Shown here piece after piece: positions 19,772 through 28,260 of a stretch of 38,472 nt of DNA. The stretch is taken from contig JBEPZV010000022.1 of assembly GCA_041640655.1 (NCBI GenBank), positions 1-38,472 on the forward strand. The letters run 5' to 3'. The notes beneath the pieces are model-generated. The model was not told the DNA's origin. It made no database searches and saw nothing but the letters and a program-made list of their open reading frames with translations. This DNA comes from a bacterium. GTDB taxonomy: Bacteria > Acidobacteriota > Blastocatellia > HR10. The stretch's first letter is position 1. Each line of letters starts with the position of its first letter. The position numbers and the translations under genes were made by a program.

Positions 19772-21364
19772 ATGTCGTGTGATCCGATCAAGCTGGAGAT
19801 CTTCAAATCGCTCTTCATCTCGATCGCCGAAGAGATGGGCGTCACGCTGCGACGCACGGCCTTCTCCCCCAACATCAAAGAGCGACGCGATTACTCCTGC
19901 GCCATCTTCGATGAGGAGGGACGGCTTGTCGCTCAAGGCGACCATATGCCCGTGCATCTGGGGTCGATGCCGATGTCGGTGCGGAAGGCCATCGAGGCCG
20001 TCGCGCTCGACCCCGGCGATGTGGTCGTTCTCAACGATCCGTATGAGGGCGGGACGCATCTGCCGGATGTGACGCTCGTCTCCGCCGTTTACGTCGAAGG
20101 GCGACCGTTCTTCTACGTCGCCAATCGCGCGCATCACGCCGACATCGGCGGTATGTCCGCCGGCTCGATGCCGCTCTCGACCGAGATCTTCCAGGAGGGC
20201 TTGCGCATTCCGCCGATCAAACTCTATGAGCGCGGACGGCTCAACACGTCGGTCATGCGCCTGATCCTGGCCAACGTGCGGACGCCGGTCGAGCGGGAAG
20301 GCGACCTCACGGCGCAATTGGCAGCCAATCGCACGGGCGAGAAGCGGCTGCGCGAGGTGGTTGCCAAATACGGCGCGGAGGAGGTCGCCTTCTACATGCG
20401 CGAGCTGCAGGCATATGCTGAGCGCATGGTGCGCGCGCGCCTGGCGACGATCCCGGATGGCGATTACGGGGCCGAGGATTACCTGGACGATGATGGGATC
20501 ACCGAGGATCCCATCCCGATCCGCGTCACGATTCGCATCCGGGGAGATTCGGCCATTGTGGATTTCACCGGGTCCGCTCCGCAGACGCGCGGCAACGTCA
20601 ATGCCGTGTACGCCATCACCCTCTCGGCCACGTCTTACGTCTTCCGCGCGATCACTGGCGGCGATATTCCGGCCAACGCGGGCGTGCTCGCTCCGATCAC
20701 GGTCATCGCGCCGGAGGGGACCGTCGTGAACGCCGTCTTCCCGGCTCCGGTCGCAGCGGGGAATGTCGAGACGTCGCAACGCCTGGTGGACGTGCTGCTG
20801 AAGGCCCTGGCGCCGGCATTGCCCGATGTCATCCCGGCGGCCAGCAGCGGCACGATGAATAACCTCACGCTCGGGGGGATTGATCCGCGTACCGGGGCTC
20901 CTTTCGCGTACTACGAGACGATCGCCGGAGGCATGGGCGCGAGCCCTCAGGGCGATGGTGACAGCGGCGTGCACACGCACATGACGAATTCGCTCAACAC
21001 ACCCGTGGAAGCGCTCGAATATGCCCTGCCCGTACGCGTGCGCCGCTACTGCCTGCGCGCGGGTTCCGGAGGACGCGGCCACCACCGCGGAGGTGACGGG
21101 ATCATCCGCGAGATCGAATTCCTCACCGATGCGGATGTCGCGATCCTCTCCGAACGCCGACGCTTCGCCCCTTACGGCCTTCATGGCGGCGAACCCGGTC
21201 AGCCTGGAGAGAACGTCTTGATCTCCAATGGCATCGAGCGCCGATTACCCGGGAAGGTGAACATCCGCGTGAGAAAAGGCGACGTGCTCTCCATCCGAAC
21301 TCCCGGAGGAGGAGGATGGGGCGCTCCCACGCGCAATGCCGAGACCTCATCCGTGTTGAGCTGA
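19772..21364 (+). CDS. Hydantoinase B / 5-oxoprolinase family, metal-binding subunit
   Basis: SPNIKERRDYSC, PVHLGSM, NDPYEGGTHLPD, HHADIGG, GTMNN, HTHMTN, TPGGGGWG. True start is ATG 19772, not 19106. Confidence 0.92.
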   Translation: MSCDPIKLEIFKSLFISIAEEMGVTLRRTAFSPNIKERRDYSCAIFDEEGRLVAQGDHMPVHLGSMPMSVRKAIEAVALDPGDVVVLNDPYEGGTHLPDVTLVSAVYVEGRPFFYVANRAHHADIGGMSAGSMPLSTEIFQEGLRIPPIKLYERGRLNTSVMRLILANVRTPVEREGDLTAQLAANRTGEKRLREVVAKYGAEEVAFYMRELQAYAERMVRARLATIPDGDYGAEDYLDDDGITEDPIPIRVTIRIRGDSAIVDFTGSAPQTRGNVNAVYAITLSATSYVFRAITGGDIPANAGVLAPITVIAPEGTVVNAVFPAPVAAGNVETSQRLVDVLLKALAPALPDVIPAASSGTMNNLTLGGIDPRTGAPFAYYETIAGGMGASPQGDGDSGVHTHMTNSLNTPVEALEYALPVRVRRYCLRAGSGGRGHHRGGDGIIREIEFLTDADVAILSERRRFAPYGLHGGEPGQPGENVLISNGIERRLPGKVNIRVRKGDVLSIRTPGGGGWGAPTRNAETSSVLS

Positions 21365-21381
21365 GAGCCATCTGGCCGGCG

Positions 21382-22482
21382 TCACGGGCTTGAGCCTACT
21401 GCGGGCCGCGCGCCATAGGCTCTGCGCTCTTGAGCCGCATCCTGATCGGCCGCGGAAGAGCCGGACCGCACGCGCTCCACCCCTCGGCTCTCCGCGCTGG
21501 ACCTCACAATCCGTCGGTCGTCCTTCGAGGCAGAGATGGAGGGCGCGGGCGAGGGTGAGGACGCGCCGGGAACAGAAGGCGACGCGCTCTCCACCCACAC
21601 CGTGTACCATATGCTCGCGAGCAGGTGAGCCGCGGCGGCCAGGCGTTCTGCGGCGAAGCGCTTCGCTTCCGGGTGCGTCGAGCCCGGCACGAATCCACCC
21701 TGACGATCCAGGTCATAGAGTCGGTCAACCAGCGCATGGGACTCGCGCAGATAGCGCATCGTCTCCTCAAACAACGAACCGAGCCGGCGCGGCGGCTTGA
21801 GTCGAGACCTCACGTCGGATTCTCGGATGGCTTCGTTCACGAAATCGTTCTCGAATCGAAGGTGAATTCCCCGCTCGGTCGTGTATCCGCGCGGGTTCGG
21901 CGCGAAGGCCGTATTCCACCCGTCGTAGTGAACCGTCGTGTGGTGCGGTTGAGCGCCATCGGCGACGAAGTGGCCGAGCACACCGGCGATGACGATGATG
22001 TTCCGCTCGATCTGACGGCGCTCGGCGCGCTCGCGCGCCGTACGGCGCGGCGCCTGTCGCCAGAGCCGAAATTGCACGCGCAGGAGTTCGGTCAGCTCGA
22101 CGATCCGATACGGCAAGAAGCCAACAGTCGTCAGCGCCACGTCGCCGCGGACGAGCCCGCGTTCGATGAGCCCGTGCAGGAATTGGTACCGATCCAGGGG
22201 GAGTTCCCATCCCTCCACATACTCGAGATTGACGAAGTGGTCGGGCGCATTCACGGCGTTCAACGCCGGTTCCGCCGGAGAGCGCCAGCGATCAGGATCG
22301 TAGCCGAGATACTCCAACTCCAACACGGCGCGTCGAAAGAAGAGCGGCATCTCGGGAGGGAGCGATCGCGCGGCCAAGCGATTGACGAGACGATGGCCCT
22401 TCTCCCCCCATCCCCACGCAGGGGGTGTGACGAGAAGCCCAAGTCCTAGCAAGGCGAGAATTCGGCGTCCATGTGCCATCAT
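21382..22482 (-). CDS. Secreted S1/P1 nuclease / Zn-dependent phospholipase C-fold protein
   Basis: Signal peptide followed by mature N-terminus WGEKGH; PDRW, DHFVNLE, GHFVADGAQPHH, HLRFE metal-ligand pattern. Confidence 0.78.
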   Translation of the reverse strand: MMAHGRRILALLGLGLLVTPPAWGWGEKGHRLVNRLAARSLPPEMPLFFRRAVLELEYLGYDPDRWRSPAEPALNAVNAPDHFVNLEYVEGWELPLDRYQFLHGLIERGLVRGDVALTTVGFLPYRIVELTELLRVQFRLWRQAPRRTARERAERRQIERNIIVIAGVLGHFVADGAQPHHTTVHYDGWNTAFAPNPRGYTTERGIHLRFENDFVNEAIRESDVRSRLKPPRRLGSLFEETMRYLRESHALVDRLYDLDRQGGFVPGSTHPEAKRFAAERLAAAAHLLASIWYTVWVESASPSVPGASSPSPAPSISASKDDRRIVRSSAESRGVERVRSGSSAADQDAAQERRAYGARPAVGSSP

Positions 22483-23777
22483 CCCTCTCCGCTCTCACGA
22501 GGATCAGCGGGCATAGAACCGCCCCCTCCCATCGCTGGGAAGAAGTAGGCGTAAGGCTGCCGGAGGATGTGCTTCTCGATGAGGAACGTGAGGAGCGCCG
22601 TCCCGAGGATGCTGAGGAGGATCACCGCGTACACGATGTCCTGAATGATGGCGCCCCGTTCCACTCCCGCTTGCAGCGGCAAAGAGGCGAGAACCGCTGC
22701 GGCCAGCCCCTTGGGGATCATGACCGCCGCCACCGCCCCGTCGAAGCCACGCACCATCTTCCCCACAGCCCCCCACACCACGGGAATCCGAATGAGGAAG
22801 AGCACGGCCACGATCCCCACCCCAACGGCGAAGAGCACGACGTCCGTCAAGCGAATGGACAGGCCGATGTAGACGAAGAAGAACGTCTTCAGCAGGAAGA
22901 CGATCTCCGAGAAGAACGACTCCTCCGTCGGATTGAGCTGAACAGCGCGCCCGCGCAAGAGATCCCAAAGCGCCGAGCGAGAGAGGCTCTGAATGTTCCC
23001 CAGAATGACCCCGAACGCCAGGGCGGCGATCGCGCCGCTATAGCCCAGCAACTCGGCGACCCCGAAGATGATGAAGACGAACGCCGGCGTCAGGAACATG
23101 CTGTTCTCCAACTGGCGCACGCGCTGCAAGACGGCCGACCAGAAAAGCGCGGCCAGAGCGCCAATGATGGCGGCGACGAGGAATGAGGCGATGATCTGCC
23201 CCAGCATCAGCGTAGGCCGCAGCTCGTGATAGCGAACGGCCTGGACGAGCGCGAGCGTCGTGACGATGCAGAGCACGTCGCTGAAGGTGGATTCCAGAAG
23301 CAGGATGGCGCGCGCCTCAATCCGCAGGGGAAGTCGTCCGATGAGCGGAATGACGACGGCCGAGGAGGTCCCACCGATGATGGCCCCCAAGATCATCCCC
23401 TCGAGCGCGGACATCCGAAGCCCCAGGGCAGCGATCACCGCCACGACGAGCACCGTCCCGATGAAGTTCAGGACCGTGAGGCGCATCCCCGGCAGAAGCG
23501 ATTCGCGCAGCGTCGCCAGATTCAGCCCCAGCCCGCTCTGAAAGAGGATGATGACGAGCGAGATCGTCGTGAAGACCGGACCGACTTTCCCGAACGCCTC
23601 GGGCGTGATCAGCTTCAGGATCGGCCCGATGAGCAAGCCCAGGACGACGAGCGGCAAGACGTCTGGAACGCGCGTGCGTTCAAAGAGCGCGGAGAACAGA
23701 TGCGCCAGGAAGACGAGAAGTCCGACGAAACCGATGGCCAGGGCGATCTCCACCTCTCCCTCCACGAGCCTTCTCAC
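22479..23777 (-). CDS. Cation:proton antiporter, CPA superfamily, NhaP-like
   Basis: About 12-13 TM segments; RVPDVL, IILFQSGL, GTSSAVVIP, LESTFSD, PKGLAAAVLA. Confidence 0.85.
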   Translation of the reverse strand: MRRLVEGEVEIALAIGFVGLLVFLAHLFSALFERTRVPDVLPLVVLGLLIGPILKLITPEAFGKVGPVFTTISLVIILFQSGLGLNLATLRESLLPGMRLTVLNFIGTVLVVAVIAALGLRMSALEGMILGAIIGGTSSAVVIPLIGRLPLRIEARAILLLESTFSDVLCIVTTLALVQAVRYHELRPTLMLGQIIASFLVAAIIGALAALFWSAVLQRVRQLENSMFLTPAFVFIIFGVAELLGYSGAIAALAFGVILGNIQSLSRSALWDLLRGRAVQLNPTEESFFSEIVFLLKTFFFVYIGLSIRLTDVVLFAVGVGIVAVLFLIRIPVVWGAVGKMVRGFDGAVAAVMIPKGLAAAVLASLPLQAGVERGAIIQDIVYAVILLSILGTALLTFLIEKHILRQPYAYFFPAMGGGGSMPADPRESGEG

Positions 23778-25354
23778 AAGAGAATGGCGCGGACGTCTCG
23801 GATGGCCGGGAGGCGTCGGATCTCGGTCAACACGTCGTCCGAGATGGGCGAATCGAGCGTGAGCACGCCAATGGCCATGAGGTCGGCCCCTCCGCGCGCC
23901 AGGGCGAAATGTCCGATATTCACCTGCGCATTGCCGAGGACCGTCCCGACGCGCCCGATGACTCCCGGTACGTCCTCGTTGCGGATGAGGAGCATGTAGG
24001 GTGTCAGCGGGATCTCCAGAGCCACGCCGTCAACGGAGACCAGGCGCAGGTTCCCCGGATGCAGCACCGTCCCTTCGACCCAATCCACCCCTCCGGCACC
24101 ATCGCGGAGCTGCACGCTGATCAGGTTGGCATAGCTGCGCGCGCGGCTGCTGCGCGTCTCGATGACCTCGATGTCGCGCTCCTCGGCCTTCAGGCGCGCG
24201 TTGATGAGATTCACCTCCTCATCGAGCATCTGCCGCAAGACGCCGCACAGGACGGCATTGGAGATGGGATAGACGTTGGCGCGATTCAGCTCCCCATAGT
24301 ACCGGAGGCCGATCTCGCTCGGACGCACGCGCGCGATCTGCGCGATGAAGGCGCCCAGCTTCTCTCCGAGCTCGAGGAAAGGGCCGAGGCGCTGCAGCTC
24401 TTCGGGCGTGAGCGCGGGGAAGTTCACGGCATTTCGGATGATGCCCGATTGCAGGTAATCGCGCACCTGAAGGGCGATCTCCACCCCCACCAGCTCCTGC
24501 GCCTCGATCGTCGAAGCGCCGACATGCGGCGTCGCCAGAACGCGCGGATGCTCCAGGAGCCGGCGATTCCGCGGCGGCTCCTCGGCGAAGACGTCCAGGC
24601 CCGCGGCGGCGATCTTCCCCGAATCGAGACCTTCGAGCAGCGCTGCCTCATCCACCAGCTCGCCGCGCGCCGTGTTGATGAGGATCACGCCCGGCTTCAT
24701 CCGCGCGATCGTCCCCCGATTGATCATCCCTCGCGTCGCGCGCGTGAGCGACGCATGAAGCGAGATGATGTCGGAGAGGGCCAGCAGCTCCTCCAGAGGG
24801 ACGAGCCGCACGTCCAGGTCCTGCGCGAGGCGCTCCGCGATGAAAGGATCATGAGCGATCACTGTCAGGCCGAAGGCCTTCGCCCGTTTGGCCACCTCCT
24901 GCCCCACCTTCCCGAGCCCGATGAGGCCGAGCGTCTTGCCCCTCAGCTCGCGACCCAGAAACAGCTTGCGCTCCCATTCCCCGCGCTTCACCGAAGCGTT
25001 GGCCGCGACCAGATGTCGCATGAGCGCGAGCATCAAGCCGAACGTGTGTTCGGCGACGCTCACGCTGTTGCTGCCGGGCGTGTTCATGACGAGGATGCCG
25101 CGAGCCGTCGCCGCCTCCAGATCCACATTGTCCACGCCCGCGCCCGCGCGACCGATCACCTTCAGGCGCTGCGCCCTCTGGATCGCGCGCGCCGTCAACC
25201 GCGTCTGGCTTCGGACGATCACCGCGTCGTAGTCCCCGATGATCGCCTCCATCTCCGTCGGCGTCGTCGCCGACCGAACGTCCACGTTCCATCCCGCCTC
25301 CCTCAGGACCTCGATCCCGGATGGGGCGATCGCCTCCGCGACCAGGATGTTCAT
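23774..25354 (-). CDS. serA: D-3-phosphoglycerate dehydrogenase, type I with ASB and ACT domains
   Basis: IGRAGAGVDNVD, NTPGSN..SVAEH, GLGKVG, INTARG, TPHVGAST, C-terminal ACT domain (DVPGVIGRVG). Confidence 0.95.
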   Translation of the reverse strand: MNILVAEAIAPSGIEVLREAGWNVDVRSATTPTEMEAIIGDYDAVIVRSQTRLTARAIQRAQRLKVIGRAGAGVDNVDLEAATARGILVMNTPGSNSVSVAEHTFGLMLALMRHLVAANASVKRGEWERKLFLGRELRGKTLGLIGLGKVGQEVAKRAKAFGLTVIAHDPFIAERLAQDLDVRLVPLEELLALSDIISLHASLTRATRGMINRGTIARMKPGVILINTARGELVDEAALLEGLDSGKIAAAGLDVFAEEPPRNRRLLEHPRVLATPHVGASTIEAQELVGVEIALQVRDYLQSGIIRNAVNFPALTPEELQRLGPFLELGEKLGAFIAQIARVRPSEIGLRYYGELNRANVYPISNAVLCGVLRQMLDEEVNLINARLKAEERDIEVIETRSSRARSYANLISVQLRDGAGGVDWVEGTVLHPGNLRLVSVDGVALEIPLTPYMLLIRNEDVPGVIGRVGTVLGNAQVNIGHFALARGGADLMAIGVLTLDSPISDDVLTEIRRLPAIRDVRAILL

Positions 25355-25386
25355 ACACGCCTCTCCCGAACCCACGACTTCACGCC

Positions 25387-25416
25387 ATTATGGCGCCAGG
25401 GCGCGCGGCCCGTCAA
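25387..25416 (-). promoter_or_regulatory. Candidate serA promoter
   Basis: Minus strand TTGACG (25416-25411), 18 bp, CATAAT (25392-25387); the -10 sits in palindrome CGCCATTATGGCG. Confidence 0.5.
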
Positions 25417-26582
25417 GGACGTCGCTCTGGCGCGCGCCGAAGCTTCACCACCGTCTCGACATGAAACGTCTGCGGGAAGAGATCAAGCGCCACGATGGAA
25501 GAGAGAACATAGCCGTCGGTGAGCAGCCATTTCAGATCGCGAGCCAACGTCGTCGGATTGCAAGAGACATACGTGATGCGCTCAGGCGCCAACCGCGCGA
25601 GCGCACGAACGAGCGCGCGCGAGAGTCCCGCGCGCGGAGGATCGAGGACGACAAGATCCACCGGGCCCACCGCGCCACCCTGCCGCGCGAGCCATGTCTC
25701 CACGCGCTCCGCCACGAAGCGGCAGTTCCGAAGGCCATTGTGCCGGGCATTCCGGCGGGCGAAGCGCACGGCGCGCGGATCGCTCTCCACACCGATGACC
25801 TCGGCGAAGCGCAGCGCGAGTGGCAGCGTGAGAAATCCCACGCCGCAGAAGAGGTCGAGCGCGCGCTCCCCCTCCTCTCCCGCGGTGACGCGCTCGAGCA
25901 ACTCGGCCAGCAGAAAGCGGTTCGCTTGAAAGAAGGTTCGCGCGTCGAACGTATAGGTGAACCCGCCCACCGACCAGGAGACCGTCATGGGCTCGCCCAG
26001 AGGATGAACGGCGATGCGCCCATCTTCCCCTTGAACGAGGTCGAGCGCGCGTATGTTCACGAAGCGCTCGGGAGCCTGCTGCCGCCATCGCTCCAGCGCG
26101 GCGTTCAGCTCTGGGCTGAGGAGCGGACATTCGGCGATCGCGCAGAGGTCATGCGACGCCGGTCGGTAATACCCGAGTTCGACGCGATCCCCCGAGACAC
26201 GGACCTTCACCTGCGCGCGCAGCCGATAGTGGAATTCCTCCGAGGGCACGATGGGGATATCTTCCGACCAGAGGATGCCACCGATCCGCGAGAGCGATTC
26301 GCGAACAAATCCCACTTTGATGCGCTGCTGCGCAGCATAGTGAAGATGTTGGAGCTGGCATCCCCCGCAGGTCCCGTAGTACGGGCATGGCGGATCCCGC
26401 CGATCGGGCGAGGCCTCGATCAGCCGCACCAGACGCGCTCGCGCGAAATCGGGCCGCTCCTCGGTGATCTCTACCAGGGCGCGTTCTCCAGGCGCGACAG
26501 AGGGGACGAGCACGACCCGCCCCTCATGGCGTGCCAGTCCCTCTCCCCCGTAGACCACGCGCTCGATGGTGACCTCGATCAC
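25413..26582 (-). CDS. rlmD: 23S rRNA (uracil-C5)-methyltransferase, RlmD/TrmA family with TRAM domain and 4Fe-4S cluster
   Basis: TRAM N-terminus, CPYYGTCGGCQLQH, FFQAN, DLFCGVG, LDPPRAG, YVSCNPTTLARD, DLFPQTFHVE; GTG 26582 preferred as start. Confidence 0.88.
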   Translation of the reverse strand: MIEVTIERVVYGGEGLARHEGRVVLVPSVAPGERALVEITEERPDFARARLVRLIEASPDRRDPPCPYYGTCGGCQLQHLHYAAQQRIKVGFVRESLSRIGGILWSEDIPIVPSEEFHYRLRAQVKVRVSGDRVELGYYRPASHDLCAIAECPLLSPELNAALERWRQQAPERFVNIRALDLVQGEDGRIAVHPLGEPMTVSWSVGGFTYTFDARTFFQANRFLLAELLERVTAGEEGERALDLFCGVGFLTLPLALRFAEVIGVESDPRAVRFARRNARHNGLRNCRFVAERVETWLARQGGAVGPVDLVVLDPPRAGLSRALVRALARLAPERITYVSCNPTTLARDLKWLLTDGYVLSSIVALDLFPQTFHVETVVKLRRAPERRP

Positions 26583-26773
26583 GTCCGCTCGACATATGCC
26601 TGGACCGGCGCCGGTTCCTCTCGAACGTTCACGCAGAGGACCACGAGATCGGAGAATCGCTCCCGATTCTTCTCCCACCATTCTCGGAGAGCAGGAGGCA
26701 GGAACGCCGAAGCGCCCGGAAACAGCGCCAGCACCGCGCGCCTCCATTCTCGCCGTCCCGCGAGGCGCGGCAT
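26579..26773 (-). CDS. 64-aa small protein resembling a truncated TlpA/redoxin fragment
   Basis: Strong SD (GGGAGGGGAG); LVVLCVNVREEPAPVQAYVER resembles the redoxin beta2-helix; TGA overlaps the rlmD GTG (GTGA). Confidence 0.45.
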   Translation of the reverse strand: MPRLAGRREWRRAVLALFPGASAFLPPALREWWEKNRERFSDLVVLCVNVREEPAPVQAYVERT

Positions 26774-26806
26774 GATCTCCCCTCCCGTGACCCCTCCATC
26801 CGGAGC

Positions 26807-28162
26807 TCAGTCAGATGGACCACCGGCGCGATATGTGGCCGCGAGGCGCTCCAGCCGTTGCTGGATCTCTGCCTCTGGGATCCACCGCCCGCGTACCATT
26901 ACGCCCGCCAAGTTCTTCAAATGTCCCAGATCAGACAGCGGATTCCCTTTGACCAAAATCAGATCCGCGCGCGCGCCGACTTCAATCGTCCCGAACCGAT
27001 CCTTGTGCCGGAAATACTCACCCACGTTGCGCGTCGCCGTCTGCAGGATCTCATAGGGCGTCAGCCCGCACTCTAGCATCACAGGGATCTCCCGGTGAAT
27101 GGAGAAACCGGGGACGCTGAATTGCTGCGGGGCATCGGTTCCGAAGAGGATGCGCACCCCCCCGCGATGCAACGCGCGCAGGATCTCTTTTCGATTCGCG
27201 GCGATCCGCTCGGCCCGCTTCCGATCGTATTGGGGATCGCTCAGGCGCGCGCGATGCGCCCGGGTCCAGCTCTCGACCATCTGCGGGGGCATGTAGCGCA
27301 GCTCCGGGTAGGCGAGCAGCATCTCCAGATCGCGCGCTCCGATCAAGACCTCCCAGAGCGCCATCGTCGGGACGACCCATGCGCCGGCCTCCCGCGTCCG
27401 ACGCACGATATCCTCGAGCTTCACGCGATCGAGCGGCCCTTTCTCTCCCTCCAGGTACTCGATGTAGCCATCCAGGTGATCAATCGTCTCCTGGCCCATC
27501 TCGAGCGCGTGAACGATTCCCACGGCCGCCGGGACATGCCCGACCCAGCGCATGCCCACTTCCTTGGCCGTCCGCGCCATGGCGTCGTATTCCTCGCGCG
27601 TGAGCCCGGGATGAATCTTCAGCAAATCCCAGCCCTGCTGCTTCTGCTCGCGAACGCGCGCACTGGCCTCCTCCGGAGAATTGATCGAAGCATCGTTGAA
27701 GCTCGGTCCGGCCAGATAGAGCGTGGGCGAGAGGATCTCCCCTCGATTCGCCCGCTCGCGGAGTTCCAGCTGGCCGGGCGCGCCGAGCATCCCGCGCACC
27801 GTCGTGACGCCATTGGAGAGATAGAGGAACAGGATGGCTTCCAGATATTCTCGCGGGGCTTGCGGCGGGGGGATATGCCCGTGCATCTCCCCCAGGCCCG
27901 GAAGCAGATAATATCCCCGCCCGTCGATCCGCACCGCCCCCTCGGGCACGTTCACCCGCGCGCTCGGACCGATCTCCACAATCCGGTCCCCTCGCACGAG
28001 GACGGTGTGATCCTCCAGAATGCGCTCGGCGGTCATCGGGATGACGTTCACGCGAAGGAACGCGACTTCGGTCGCACTCGGCGATCGCCCACCTCCCGCG
28101 CCGAAGGTGGACCCGATCAGGAGACTTCCCGTCAGAGCGATGAGCTGCCATCGAATTCTCAT
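26807..28162 (-). CDS. Secreted metal-dependent amidohydrolase
   Basis: Signal peptide; PGLGEMHGH (HxH), NGVTTVR, LLKIH, GHV, IDH, GTDAP, GTIEVGARADLI. Confidence 0.88.
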   Translation of the reverse strand: MRIRWQLIALTGSLLIGSTFGAGGGRSPSATEVAFLRVNVIPMTAERILEDHTVLVRGDRIVEIGPSARVNVPEGAVRIDGRGYYLLPGLGEMHGHIPPPQAPREYLEAILFLYLSNGVTTVRGMLGAPGQLELRERANRGEILSPTLYLAGPSFNDASINSPEEASARVREQKQQGWDLLKIHPGLTREEYDAMARTAKEVGMRWVGHVPAAVGIVHALEMGQETIDHLDGYIEYLEGEKGPLDRVKLEDIVRRTREAGAWVVPTMALWEVLIGARDLEMLLAYPELRYMPPQMVESWTRAHRARLSDPQYDRKRAERIAANRKEILRALHRGGVRILFGTDAPQQFSVPGFSIHREIPVMLECGLTPYEILQTATRNVGEYFRHKDRFGTIEVGARADLILVKGNPLSDLGHLKNLAGVMVRGRWIPEAEIQQRLERLAATYRAGGPSD

Positions 28163-28196
28163 ATCGCCACCCCCTCCCCGCAAATATGCGACGCCA

Positions 28197-28205
28197 ATAG
28201 TATCA
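28197..28205 (-). promoter_or_regulatory. Candidate extended -10 promoter of the amidohydrolase
   Basis: Minus strand TGaTACTAT about 35 bp upstream of the ATG. Confidence 0.35.
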
Positions 28206-28260
28206 CGATCCCTCCTGGCGGGGAACCCTCGGATGAGCCTTCACCGCCTTCGAGCGCGCT

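Noticed and set aside
26570..26590. TGA of the redoxin-like small ORF as a selenocysteine codon
   Set aside because: It is not at a CxxU position, and the read-through sequence is off-frame rlmD.
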